IMG/VR virus record: IMGVR_UViG_3300036985_002246 | Coordinates: 32,001-96,000 of that record | Length of the DNA: 64,000 nt | DNA from: a virus | Direction: 5' to 3' (one strand) | In this document: piece after piece, positions 37,801 to 46,725 of the stretch | How positions within the stretch are numbered: position 1 is the first letter of the stretch | Layout: the number at the start of each line of letters is the position of its first letter | The notes under the pieces: generated by a model | Database searches by the model: none | Seen by the model: only the letters and a program-made list of their open reading frames with translations | Told to the model about the DNA's origin: nothing | Made by a program: the position numbers and the translations under genes

Positions 37801-37932
37801 AGCGAGACGGTGGCGGGCAAGATCACCTCTGTCATGCCGGTCCTGCCGGGCTCGCTCGTTCGTCGTATTGGCTGGGCTGACTCGGCTTCGAGCCTGATCG
37901 TCTCGATCGGCGAGGGCACGGTTCTCTCCTGA
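34813..37932 (+). CDS. Gly/Thr-rich fibre-like virion protein 1
   Basis: GGx(V/I)xLxGG repeats; termini shared with 38019..41057. Confidence 0.7.
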   Translation: MAVIPLKVITSGSTNQFGVSDELGVLGVDARVAGPLTIGSTVATSLVVNGAAVTQVSVGVGGGTVLNIPSDSAFNVTAGNNGTAGSQVNLVAGDGVSGAGGTVFVTAGAGAGAGNGGGINLAAGLALTGSPGSVVAGAGSTLAGTQPGGNIQLSGGASVGGAGGPVTLTGGLTTAGASAAGAVSLTGGSNNGVYSADFGSSLAFSSPTVTLTRATGTWTGADVGRTIRISGAAAPGNNGDFVILTNPAGNQVTWDNLAGGASEPGYAGYWEVLGTGAAGNVTLTGGGTTRLGNGGSVLLTGGTSTISNGGPITLTAGLGGSAGVGGDISLTAGATTTEDNDGGYVNIYGGNSTNAISAYGGGIGLYAGEQTDPAATGSGGPVSIQGGTAQGVGGTGGGITLIAGSGSIGGGLSVTGGYATEGVGGPISLEGGVGGFTPGSNGGAITLVSGQAVNGTGVSGAISLTGGTNNGYFSSGTAGIASVLGTTTLTSDAGTPFSGLDVGRRIRIQGATDVLNNGDFVILTVDGGGAWVTYANASAGADQASGAPWYVLGQGAAGSVNIGGGAHAANGNGGGVSLSGGDSLHKLPGATTITTPRSADTSAITAGPALTLTQSGANGATTSLFSGTVDPTASGGVVANAGSLYLRSAGELWVKTAGTWVKAATGAAADLQATYVVGNTISVTDAEGIVALTAAAASTVSVLSVTSASSSTSAALLVNGLGTSAGGNALQVQNKSADVLRIDHSGNFVVAGTAGTGAVDGSYVQIAGGTGYTNITDTGAGGGVTIQGGSTLLGTFGGSVQISGGPQIGGTGVGTGGNVTLTGGNTGNTGLPGGITLNSPRNATTNLGSRVGPALTLSQSGTGGTTIHVFAGSADPRTGSGIVANAGSLFHRIVSSTTGELYLKTTQGTATAWSPLSIPTTVPVTAFTTSTATTGQVVKVTAADTLAAAFATSGEISTIGIQINSATPYQVVCSGRVTGLLDDLGAALTPGARYYLSETVAGKITSVMPVLPGSLVRRIGWADSASSLIVSIGEGTVLS

Positions 37933-38018
37933 GCCTAAGGGGGCTCTCTCTCTCTTCCTCTCTCTGAAGTGGCAATGAAGTGACTCAGTCAAGAGGCTGA
38001 GTCACAGGAGATCTCCCC

Positions 38019-41000
38019 ATGGCTGTCGTACCGCTGAAAATCGTCACTGCTGGCTCAACGCAGCAGTTTGGCACCTCCGACGAGCTTGCAGTCCTCGGGG
38101 TTGACGCCCGAGCGGCTGGGGCTCTCACGCTAGGTGGCACCACTGCGACCTCGGTCGTCCTTGGCAACGCCTCTGCCACGCAGGTCGAGATCGTTCCTGG
38201 TGTGCTGAGCTTCCGGGAGGCGGTCGCTCACGACATTCGGATCGGTGACGCCGCCACGCTCAACGCCTCGGCCTCGACGCTCTCGGTCACGGGTGGCGCG
38301 GGCAACGGTTCTGGGGCGGGCGGCACGCTTGCCCTGGCGGGTGGTGCAGCCCCAGGTGCTGGACTTGGTGGCTCGATCACCCTCACGGGCGGGACCTCGT
38401 CTACGGGGACGGGGGGCGGGGTCATGGTCTCGTCGCCACGCTCTCCGACGAACACGGGGGCAGCAACCGGCAACGGTCCGGCTCTGACGATCGCGCAGAC
38501 GGGGACAAGCCCTGCCTCGGTCTCAGTCTTCGCGGGCTCTGTAGCCCCCTCGGGTGGTACGGGCGTCGTCGCCAGTGAGGGCTCGCTGTACCTCAGGAGC
38601 ACGGGTGGTGCTGGTGCCCTCTACGTCAAGACCGGGGCGGGGGACACGTCGTGGTTCCAGGCGTCCACGTCTCTTCAGACGGCATATGACGGCGGGGCTA
38701 CGATTGCAGCGACGGTCGGCAGGGCCATTGCTTTCTCGAACGCAGTCGTCGGTGACAACACTGACCTGCTGTCTGTGACGCGCACCGCGTCGAGCACGAG
38801 GCCGGGACTCAACGTCCAGATGATCGCCGCCTCGCAGTCTGGCGCGGGCGTGCTGATCAACCGCACGGGGGCAAGTTCAGGGCACGGGTTGGAGATCACC
38901 ACGGACGCTAGCGCGACCGGCAATGGTATCTCAGTAACAACGTCAGCTAACAACGTCACAGGGCTCTCTGTCACGAACAGTGCGGCTTCCACGGTCGCCA
39001 CGTTCACGAACAATCAGGCTAGCAGCACGAAGCCTGGTGTGACGATCACCAACAACTCGGCGTCGGCCTCAGGCACCCCCCATGCCCTCATGGTCACTCA
39101 GGTCGGCGGGACCGTGTCGCACGGTATCTACGCAACGTCTACAGCAACCTCTGCGAACTATGCAGCCGTGCTTGCAGAGACCACGCACGCAGTCGGGTCT
39201 GCCTTCATTGCCCGCACCGTCAGCACGGTCACGGGCGGCCTGATCCAACTGACGGGTGCTGGACACGTCTACCTGACGGCGGGCACCTCGTCGGGGGCCT
39301 CGGGCGAGACAGTCAGCATTGCGGGTGGTGCGGGGTCTGCCAACACGGGCGGAATCGTAGACATTGCGGGCGGCACCGGCACAACGGGCGGTGAGGCTCG
39401 GCTCAAGGGTGGTGCGGGCACAGCTTCCGGAAACGCTGGCGGTGTTGCCTCGGTCACAGGCGGTGCCGGAAACGCCACGGGCGCAGGCGGTGCTGTCACG
39501 ATCACGGGTGGTGCCTCACCCTCTGGGACGACCATTGGCGGCGCAGTCACTATCACGGGCGGAGCAAACACCTCTCAAACGGGCGACGCCGGACTGGTCA
39601 CTATCAAGGGCGGTAGGCCACGAGGCGGCGTGTCAGGCAGCCTCGACGACGGCAAGGTCATTGTCTCCGGTGGCGATTCGACCGCTGGCGTCGGGTCCAA
39701 GGGCGGAGACGTTGAGATCAAGGGTGGTGCCAACGCGACGAACAGTGGTGCCATTGCAGCCGGTGGTGTGACCGTCAACGGCGCAGACATAACAGCCAAC
39801 TCCGCAAGCATTGGAGGCCCTGTAACTGTCAGAGGCGGCGACGTTGGTGCAACCACCAGCACTGGAAACGGAGGTGCCCTTACCCTGAGGGGTGGAAACT
39901 TCGCCCCGTCCGGTGGTACCCCTACGGGTATTGGAGGGGACGTTACACTCTCTGGAGGCAACGTATCCAGGGGCACTGGCCGTTCAGGAAACGTGAGTAT
40001 CACGGGCGGGTCGCCCTCCACGGGCCTCACGGCGGCAAACGCTGGAACCGTTACGATCTCCGGTGGTATCGCCCCAGGTCTCACCAACACAGGGTCGGGC
40101 GGCGCACTCAGCCTGAGCGGCGGGTGGTCGAACTTCGGCGTCGGCGGTGCTGCCAGCCTCACAGCGGGGTATGGGACAACGGGCGGCAGCCTCACCCTGG
40201 AGGCCGGTAGTGCTGGGGGCACCGGAACAGGCGGGACGATTGGTATCACCGCTGGCGGCGGCGGCTCTACCTCAACCGGCGCGGGTGCGATCACGATCAC
40301 GGCTGGAAACTCGACGAACAACACGGGTACAGCCCCCGGAGCGCCTGTCTCGGTCACAGCCGGTGGGACGACCTCTTCCAACGTCCTGGCCGTCGGCGGC
40401 GACATTACCCTCACGGGTGGCACAGCCAGCAACGTAGCGGTCAAGCCCGGCACCGTGAACGTCGTCACGACCCGCACCGCCACGACGGGTGCGGGGGCGA
40501 AGGACGGGCCGGTTCTCACGCTCCAGCAGTCGTCGCAGACGATCAGTGTGTTCGCGGGCACTGCTGCACCCTCGGCGGGGTCCGGCGTCGTGGCTGGCAA
40601 CGGCTCGATCTACCACCGCAACAGTGGCACCACGACCGGCGAGCTTTGGCTCAAGACCGGGACCGGGAACACGTCGTGGGAACAACTCGTCGTGTCGTCC
40701 TCGCTCGGCGTGGTCACCTTCGGGACCAGCACGGCAACCACCGGTCAGGTGGTTACGATCTCCGGCTCGGACGCGCTGGCTGCTGCAATCGCGACCTCAG
40801 GCAACGTGCCCACGATCGGTATCCAGACCAACGCTGCTACTCCCTACAAGGTCGCTCAGACAGGCCGCGTGACGGTGGCCACGGACGACCTCGGTGCCGC
40901 ACTGGTGGTGGGCACGACCTACTACCTGAGCGCGACGGTGGCAGGGAAGGTCACGGCCAATCCCCCGGCCACGGTGGGCGTGCTTGTGCGCCGCGTCGGC

Positions 41001-41057
41001 TGGGCTGACACGACCACGAGCCTCGTCGTCTCGATCGACAGCGGCGTCGTCAACTGA
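38019..41057 (+). CDS. Gly/Thr-rich fibre-like virion protein 2
   Basis: Paralog of fibre 1: MAV.PLK..T.GST.QFG.SDEL..LGVDAR N-terminus and RR.GWAD C-terminus. Confidence 0.7.
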   Translation: MAVVPLKIVTAGSTQQFGTSDELAVLGVDARAAGALTLGGTTATSVVLGNASATQVEIVPGVLSFREAVAHDIRIGDAATLNASASTLSVTGGAGNGSGAGGTLALAGGAAPGAGLGGSITLTGGTSSTGTGGGVMVSSPRSPTNTGAATGNGPALTIAQTGTSPASVSVFAGSVAPSGGTGVVASEGSLYLRSTGGAGALYVKTGAGDTSWFQASTSLQTAYDGGATIAATVGRAIAFSNAVVGDNTDLLSVTRTASSTRPGLNVQMIAASQSGAGVLINRTGASSGHGLEITTDASATGNGISVTTSANNVTGLSVTNSAASTVATFTNNQASSTKPGVTITNNSASASGTPHALMVTQVGGTVSHGIYATSTATSANYAAVLAETTHAVGSAFIARTVSTVTGGLIQLTGAGHVYLTAGTSSGASGETVSIAGGAGSANTGGIVDIAGGTGTTGGEARLKGGAGTASGNAGGVASVTGGAGNATGAGGAVTITGGASPSGTTIGGAVTITGGANTSQTGDAGLVTIKGGRPRGGVSGSLDDGKVIVSGGDSTAGVGSKGGDVEIKGGANATNSGAIAAGGVTVNGADITANSASIGGPVTVRGGDVGATTSTGNGGALTLRGGNFAPSGGTPTGIGGDVTLSGGNVSRGTGRSGNVSITGGSPSTGLTAANAGTVTISGGIAPGLTNTGSGGALSLSGGWSNFGVGGAASLTAGYGTTGGSLTLEAGSAGGTGTGGTIGITAGGGGSTSTGAGAITITAGNSTNNTGTAPGAPVSVTAGGTTSSNVLAVGGDITLTGGTASNVAVKPGTVNVVTTRTATTGAGAKDGPVLTLQQSSQTISVFAGTAAPSAGSGVVAGNGSIYHRNSGTTTGELWLKTGTGNTSWEQLVVSSSLGVVTFGTSTATTGQVVTISGSDALAAAIATSGNVPTIGIQTNAATPYKVAQTGRVTVATDDLGAALVVGTTYYLSATVAGKVTANPPATVGVLVRRVGWADTTTSLVVSIDSGVVN

Positions 41058-41063
41058 GTCTAG

Positions 41064-41093
41064 GTCGGGGGTGCCCGCAAGAGCACCCCCGAC
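41064..41093. terminator. hairpin between convergent genes
   Basis: gtcgggggtgc-N8-gcacccccgac. Confidence 0.65.
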
Positions 41094-41098
41094 AGAGA

Positions 41099-42037
41099 TC
41101 AGGACGCCGAGAGCGTGTCGTCGTCGCGGAGGACTTCTCGGATCCGCGAGAGCATGGACGCCATGCGGTTCCGGGACACGCCTGCCTCGGAAGCGAGCGT
41201 GGCCCGCTTGCCCCCGTCCACGAGAGCGTCGAACAGTGCGGCGTAGCGGGGGCCTGCCCCTGCAATCTTCCGGAGGACGACCTCCCGTGCCCGCTCCAAC
41301 GTCTCGGCGGAGACGAGCGCGTCCTCTGCGTCCTCTGCGTGGGGGTCGAAGAGGTCACTGACGACCTCACCGTTCTCGACCTCGTAGCGGCGCTCGACGG
41401 CGCTCTCGGTCGAATGGATCGCGACCACCGGGAGCTTCCCAGCGTCTGCCTGACGGTCACGGTGGGTCTTGGCACCACGGCTCTGCCGGAGGGAGGCGTC
41501 CACGCCCCACCCACGGATCTCGGTGCAGGCGGACTGGTACGCCCAGACGCGCAGGACACCCGGCTGGATCGGCTTCCCAAGCTCCAGGTAGGGGGCAAGC
41601 TGGTCCTTCTCGACGAGGCGGCACAGGAACGTCTGGACGTGGTCCTCGACCACGTCGATCTGCCGCGAAGTCTGGAGCTTCTGCCCCAGGTAATCGACGA
41701 GCATTCGCCGCGTCTTCGTCCCGTTGGACGCGAGCCACTGAGCCGTGAGGTTGACCTTCCGGGGCTTGGGAGCCTCCAGGGTCTTGACCACCTTGGGCTT
41801 GTGCTCCTCCGGGAGGGGCGTGTTGTCCACCATGGCGACCAGAGCCTGGCCGAGTGGGTTGGTCGTGTGCCGACCGCCGAAGGCAGCGATAGCGGACTCG
41901 TGGATCTCCTGCTCCACCTCGTCCGCAATCGCGACTAGCTCCTGGCAGAAGCCGCTGGCCGCGTGTCGTCCGCCGAGCGTCTGAATGACAGCCCGCAGAT
42001 CGTCCAAAAACGAGAGTTCCCCGTGCTCTTGTGACAT
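41099..42037 (-). CDS. sigma-70/ECF-like sigma factor
   Basis: VVEDHVQTFLCRL (region 2-like), LRVWAYQSACTEIR, C-terminal HTH RATLASEAGVSRNRMASMLSRIREVL. Confidence 0.65.
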   Translation of the reverse strand: MSQEHGELSFLDDLRAVIQTLGGRHAASGFCQELVAIADEVEQEIHESAIAAFGGRHTTNPLGQALVAMVDNTPLPEEHKPKVVKTLEAPKPRKVNLTAQWLASNGTKTRRMLVDYLGQKLQTSRQIDVVEDHVQTFLCRLVEKDQLAPYLELGKPIQPGVLRVWAYQSACTEIRGWGVDASLRQSRGAKTHRDRQADAGKLPVVAIHSTESAVERRYEVENGEVVSDLFDPHAEDAEDALVSAETLERAREVVLRKIAGAGPRYAALFDALVDGGKRATLASEAGVSRNRMASMLSRIREVLRDDDTLSAS

Positions 42038-42257
42038 TGAAGACTCCGTGTTCGTGGCCCTGAAGTCAGTGACTTTCGGGCTAATTGGGTCCTCACGAGA
42101 CGCTGAGTCGTGTGAGGTGCTGACAGGATAACCGACCCCCCGACGACCTGTAAAGCGGAATTCGCCAACCCAATGCGTTTTCTCTGTGGCCCTGCTCCGG
42201 TAAAGGGACAATGGGAACGCAGAGGTGCGCCCCCCACCTCTCGGAGCCTCGCCTCAC

Positions 42258-43568
42258 ATGATCCCCAACCTCAAGTTCGCTGGCCTCTGGGACGAAATGG
42301 ACGTGCTCGCTCGGGCGCAGTTCTTCGAGGGCTACCTGCACGTCCCGCCGTTCAAGAAGATCCGTGGGACCACAGGGAAGCCTGGCCTCCTGAAGGTGAT
42401 CCGGGAAGCCCTCGCTGAGATCGGCGGCACGCCCAATCCCGAGTGGGGTTCCTCAGGGGACACCCGGCTCTACCGGTCGGCGTGGGTCGTCACCAACCGC
42501 GTGATCGAGTCCCAGAAGGCGGAGCGGACGACCGAAGCCGTGGACGTGCTCCAAGCGATGATGGGCCTCTCCGGCTGGACCGACGACGCAGGCGACCTGA
42601 TTGAACTCGGCGACAAGCCCCCCTTCTGGAAGGCCGGGAAGCATATCGCTGAGCACCTCTCCGAGAAGTTCACCTCCGGGAAGCTGGCCCCTGCGGACGT
42701 TTCAGGGCTGATCGTCAAGCCCGTCCGTGACCGGGCCATGGACGCGGTCCTCCAGGAGAAGGCTCGCGCCAAGAAGCGCCAAGAGAACCAGGAACTGATC
42801 GAGGACGAGTCCCTGGGCACGACGGGTGAGGAGGAAGAAGATTGGGGTCAGGTGATCGACGCTATCTTCGCGAACCCCGAGAACCCGATCTCCAAGAGGT
42901 TCTTCTCCTGGCTCGTCCGGCAACTCCCGAGCGTCATGCGCAAGGGCGAGGGCTCCCGGCTGATCACCAACTACCTCGACCTGCTGAAGGCGGGCCTCGT
43001 CAAGAGCGACACCGAAGCCGCTGAAGCACTCGGGACGAGCCCGTCCGGCCTCTCGAACACCAAGAAGGTGTTCACCGAGTCCATGGCCGGGTATATCAAG
43101 CACAACCCCAACGTCGAGGAGGAACTGGAGGATATGTTCTCCGACGCCCACTTCCTCCGCAATCTGCTCCGTGGTCGCGTGCGTGGCGACAAGGTTGCGA
43201 CCCTCGCCCAGAAGATTGCGGCCCGCCACCTGGCCCGCCTGGAGAAGTCCGCCAAGAGCTTCAAGTTCAAGCGGGACGTGAAGCTCAAGAGCGGCACGGT
43301 CATTCCGAAGGGCGCTGAGGCTCAGGTCAAGTACAACCAGTCGGTCGTCGCGGACGTGACGGTCGAGGGGGTTGAGAAGCCCGTGAAGATCTCGGTCGCG
43401 GCCCTGACCAGGCTGCTGGACGGGTACCCGAAAATGCCCACCGTGGCGCGGCTGGAGAAGATGTCCAACGACGGGATCGCGGCCACGCCCATGGGCGAGA
43501 GGGTCGAACCCGACGGTTATGGACCCTCTGGAGCGCCGTCGTGGCTGCTCGTCGCTGGCGTGATCTGA
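42258..43568 (+). CDS. possible sigma-like/HTH protein fused to a C-terminal phage module
   Basis: VRDRAMDAV; HTH-like SDTEAAEALGTSPSGLSNTKK; KIAARHLA..EKSA linker; TPMGERVEPDG.GP.G.PSWLL. Confidence 0.45.
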   Translation: MIPNLKFAGLWDEMDVLARAQFFEGYLHVPPFKKIRGTTGKPGLLKVIREALAEIGGTPNPEWGSSGDTRLYRSAWVVTNRVIESQKAERTTEAVDVLQAMMGLSGWTDDAGDLIELGDKPPFWKAGKHIAEHLSEKFTSGKLAPADVSGLIVKPVRDRAMDAVLQEKARAKKRQENQELIEDESLGTTGEEEEDWGQVIDAIFANPENPISKRFFSWLVRQLPSVMRKGEGSRLITNYLDLLKAGLVKSDTEAAEALGTSPSGLSNTKKVFTESMAGYIKHNPNVEEELEDMFSDAHFLRNLLRGRVRGDKVATLAQKIAARHLARLEKSAKSFKFKRDVKLKSGTVIPKGAEAQVKYNQSVVADVTVEGVEKPVKISVAALTRLLDGYPKMPTVARLEKMSNDGIAATPMGERVEPDGYGPSGAPSWLLVAGVI

Positions 43569-43590
43569 CCCTCCCAGAAAGATTGAACCC

Positions 43591-44094
43591 ATGTCCCTGC
43601 GCTCGAAGGTCATTCGCCTCGCCTCGTCCCTCCCCCCAGGTCCCAATCGGAACGCACTGCTGCGCGTTCTGACGGGTGCCTCGAAGCACCTCCCGCTCAC
43701 CGGGATCATTGCCGGGTACCAGGAGGGCGAGGGCCGGGAACTCAATATGCTCGGGCCGTTCGTCACCGCCGCGAAGTGGTACGACACCATGAAGAAGGCG
43801 TTGGAGTGGTCCGAGGGCGGCTACAACAACTTCGAGGTCAAGAAGGCGGCGGCCATGCTGAAGCGCATGGAGAAGGCCGACCCGACCCTGACGTTCGCGC
43901 CGGGCCGAGAGGGCTCCCCCGTCCTGTACGTCTCGGGCAGCCGTGAGGCTCTGCTCAAGGTGTGGCCGATCGCCAAGCGGTCCGGGGCGGACGAGATTCA
44001 CCTCGCAGCGAACCCGACCCCCCACGGCCCGTTCTTCAACCCGAAGAGCCCAGACCTCCCTGAACAGGCGTTCCTCCGGCTCTGGTGGGACTGA
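43591..44094 (+). CDS. protein with LRSKVIRLA leader
   Basis: MSLRSKVIRLASSLP...; GREGSPVLYV...ADE...RLWWD. Confidence 0.65.
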   Translation: MSLRSKVIRLASSLPPGPNRNALLRVLTGASKHLPLTGIIAGYQEGEGRELNMLGPFVTAAKWYDTMKKALEWSEGGYNNFEVKKAAAMLKRMEKADPTLTFAPGREGSPVLYVSGSREALLKVWPIAKRSGADEIHLAANPTPHGPFFNPKSPDLPEQAFLRLWWD

Positions 44095-44665
44095 CCCAGC
44101 AGAGCCAGTCGAGAACCCTGCCGCCCCGGCAGCCAGACAGCCCCAGGAGCCCTCGCGGCCCTGGGGCTGTCCCTTTCGTCCTCCGAGACGCCTGGAGGCT
44201 CCTGCGGGCGGCCAGGAGGCCGCCTGGACCACTTTCCGTCTGGACAGCCGCTGGGCGCTCCTGTATAGCTCGGACGGTTCTTTCGCCCGGTCCTTCCACA
44301 AGGGGACCGGGACGCGAAATTCCCTCCCGGTCTGGCACCTTCCCCCCGTCCCCCGCAAGGAGGCCGAGGAAACGAATAGCCTGGGGTCAGAGGGGCTCCC
44401 CACCAACAAGGGGCTCCATGGGGTTCGGACCCGAGAGGGTTGCAGAGGTCAGTACCAACCCTGACCAGGCGCTGCCGAAAGAACTCCCGCTCAGAGGAAT
44501 CCTCCTCCAGAAGGAACCAACAAGGACCACTGCACGAGTCAGCCTACGCAATGAGGCTCTCAGAGGTAGTTCCCAGTGAACATACCTCCTCAGACAGACT
44601 ACCTCCCAATCCCGATGGCGGTTTGAACCCTCCCCGACAGGGTTCAGACCAGAAGGACAAGGATC

Positions 44666-45037
44666 TCACCGTAAGGGAGATCTGACTACCTGACTCCCTC
44701 CCAACCAGGAGGACCAAGTCAAGTAGAAGGGAACCTGGGTAGCTGACTGATCGTGGAACCAATCACCACCTGAACCTGAACCACCCAAGTACCTGCTCCT
44801 CTGCTGCTTCTCGTTCCTGCTCTGCTTCTGGTTCCCCTGCCTACTGCTCCTGTTCTGCTGCTGCTTCTGGTTCCCCTGCCTACTGCTCCTGTTCTGCTGC
44901 TGCTTCTGGTTCCCCTGCTGGTTCCTGCTCTGGTCACTGTTCCCGTAGTCATAGTGGTAGTGGTCCCTGTCCGTGTAGGAAGAACACTCGCTGGTCAGTA
45001 GGATTGGGTGAGGTAGACCTGGAATGAGGTCTGCCAT
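44666..45037 (-). CDS. Q/N/R/S-rich low-complexity protein
   Basis: RBS GAGGT upstream; repeats GNQKQQQNRSSRQ. Confidence 0.35.
   Translation of the reverse strand: MADLIPGLPHPILLTSECSSYTDRDHYHYDYGNSDQSRNQQGNQKQQQNRSSRQGNQKQQQNRSSRQGNQKQSRNEKQQRSRYLGGSGSGGDWFHDQSATQVPFYLTWSSWLGGSQVVRSPLR
44823..44918. repeat. 39-bp tandem repeat, about 2.5 copies
   Basis: tgcttctggttcccctgcctactgctcctgttctgctgc x2 plus an 18-nt partial copy. Confidence 0.9.
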
Positions 45038-45131
45038 GGCACCTCATTGGTTCCTGCTTGGGATTGGAGCCCTATAGGGTTCTCCCAGGTAGAAGAGTCC
45101 TGTTTGGCAGAGGCTCCTCACGAGAGAACTC

Positions 45132-45461
45132 ATGACAAGTCCCTATCGGTCGAACGTCTCGTTCACTAGGTTGGTGGACGACTGCTGGGAGACCCTCCAG
45201 GGGAAGCGGAGCGTCTCGTTCCCTCTGGGCAGTCGAGCAGCACCCTCCAACGTCGTCTTCGTGTTCCCGAGGTTCGACGTGGGGTACTACTGGGAACTCT
45301 GGGACCAGGTGATCGCTCCGACCCTACTTGCCCTGAGCTTGCAGCCACCGACCTGCTTGGGGGGCTGGAACAACCTGAGCACCAGGACGACCGTGGAGGC
45401 CGCCCTGCTTGCGGCCCTGAACGCCTCAGATTGGGCGGCCAAGGTCGATTTCACGTCCTGA
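45132..45461 (+). CDS. hypothetical protein
   Basis: 109-aa ORF. Confidence 0.5.
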   Translation: MTSPYRSNVSFTRLVDDCWETLQGKRSVSFPLGSRAAPSNVVFVFPRFDVGYYWELWDQVIAPTLLALSLQPPTCLGGWNNLSTRTTVEAALLAALNASDWAAKVDFTS

Positions 45462-45507
45462 GGGGGGGTCACCCCGCTCCGACCTGGCGTAAGGTACTTC
45501 GGCCCTT

Positions 45508-45568
45508 GGTTGAATGCTCGCAGGGACTACAATCCAAAACGTGCCGTCCCTGCAAACTCTCGTCAGCC
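45508..45568 (+). ncRNA. Y-RNA-like element Y1 (minimal)
   Basis: GGTTGAATGCTCG-CAGGGACTACA...TCCCTG...CTCTCGTCAGCC; GCGTAAG motif 15 nt upstream. Confidence 0.7.
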
Positions 45569-45968
45569 CATGGCCCCTCTTCCCCTGAGAATTCCGGCCT
45601 GAAACCGGCCCTAGAAAAAAAAGATCGACCCCATGTCGATTTTCTCTGGACAGGTCACGGGACTTCGTTCACCCTCACCACTCTAGCTCCCTACCCACAA
45701 CCGAACCGGCCATGACTTCCAGAATCCAACCCACAACGCCTTCACACAGGTATCCGGCCTCCAAGCCGAATATGGTGTGGTGCGCCTTGTCCGTCGGAAG
45801 CTCGGATCTGTTCGAGAACCTCCGTCAGGCGGGTACCACCGGGTGACCTAGATCTACATCCTCACTGAGGACGCGACTAGGGCCACCCAGGGAAACCGGG
45901 GTGGCCCTTCTCGTTTCTGGACCTTCAACTTCTCAAGGAACACGCGGCGACTGGTCGGAGAACACAAC

Positions 45969-46051
45969 GGAGACGATGCGAGTGGTCTCGCAAGCGGACT
46001 GTAACCCCGCTCCCCTTCGGGGGATTTCAGGTTCGATTCCTGGCGGCTCCA
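45969..46051 (+). tRNA. tRNA-Tyr(GTA)
   Basis: Cloverleaf, anticodon loop CTGTAAC, long variable arm. Confidence 0.8.
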
Positions 46052-46119
46052 CTACTCGAACGAGTGAGGTGCGAATGTTCAGAACACAACTCAAACCCGC
46101 CGACGCCCAGCACACGCTT

Positions 46120-46195
46120 GGGGTCGTAGCTCAGTAGGCAGAGCAGCGGGCTTTTACCCCGACGGTCGAGGGTTCGACGCCCTCCGGCCCCACCA
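46120..46195 (+). tRNA. tRNA-Lys(TTT)
   Basis: Loop CTTTTAC; encoded CCA. Confidence 0.9.
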
Positions 46196-46211
46196 AGTTC
46201 AGTTCGCTCAT

Positions 46212-46246
46212 ACCGTCGTAGCTCAGTTGGGAGAGCAGCCGGTTCT
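46212..46246 (+). pseudogene. orphan 5' tRNA half directly upstream of HNH
   Basis: accgtcg-ta-gctc-agttggga-gagc-a-gccgg-ttct, then breaks off; anticodon arm resembles tRNA-Lys(CTT) at 46716. Confidence 0.65.
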
Positions 46247-46299
46247 CCGTATGCTCTTTGGCTCTTACCCTCAGTGTGCATTCAGAGTATGCTGTGGGC

Positions 46300-46725
46300 A
46301 TGGATCAGAAACTGTGCTCTAGGTGCAAGACGCGAAAGCCCGCAGAGGCATTTGCCAGAAACAGTGCGAAGAAGGACGGGAGGCAGCAACACTGTAGGGA
46401 GTGCAAGTCGAAGATAGACGCTGCCTACTACAAGGAGAACCCAGGCAGGATCCGCGACGGGAAGAAGCGTTCTGTGGAGCGCGCAAAGAAGATGGTCGAG
46501 GACTTCTTGCGCAAGTCCAAATGCGTTGTCTGCGGCAACGACGATTGGGTTGTTCTGGAGTTCGACCACCTGGGGGACAAGCTCTACGACGTTTCAACCA
46601 TGGTGCAGGACGGGCTGGGGTTGGAAACCATAATGAGGGAGATCGAGAAGTGTGAGGTAGTCTGCGCGAATTGCCATAGGCGCAGGACCTACCAAAGAGG
46701 GAAGACGTGGCGTTTGGGACGATAG
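46300..46725 (+). CDS. HNH endonuclease
   Basis: CSRC..., CREC, CVVCG...LEFDH...KCEVVCANCHRRRT; stop codon lies inside tRNA-Lys(CTT). Confidence 0.88.
   Translation: MDQKLCSRCKTRKPAEAFARNSAKKDGRQQHCRECKSKIDAAYYKENPGRIRDGKKRSVERAKKMVEDFLRKSKCVVCGNDDWVVLEFDHLGDKLYDVSTMVQDGLGLETIMREIEKCEVVCANCHRRRTYQRGKTWRLGR

Noticed and set aside
34813-41057. Diversity-generating retroelement acting on the fibres
   Set aside because: No reverse transcriptase and no adenine-specific TR/VR pair are visible; similarity is ordinary paralogy.
45590-45960. tmRNA or RNase P RNA upstream of the tRNA array
   Set aside because: No tRNA-Ala-like ends, tag reading frame or RNase P consensus were recognisable; only terminator-like hairpins (about 45614-45648 and 45879-45909).
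46066-46118. Possible ninth Y-like RNA (GTGCGAATG)
   Set aside because: It lacks the GANTACA and CTYGTC motifs and a convincing second stem.
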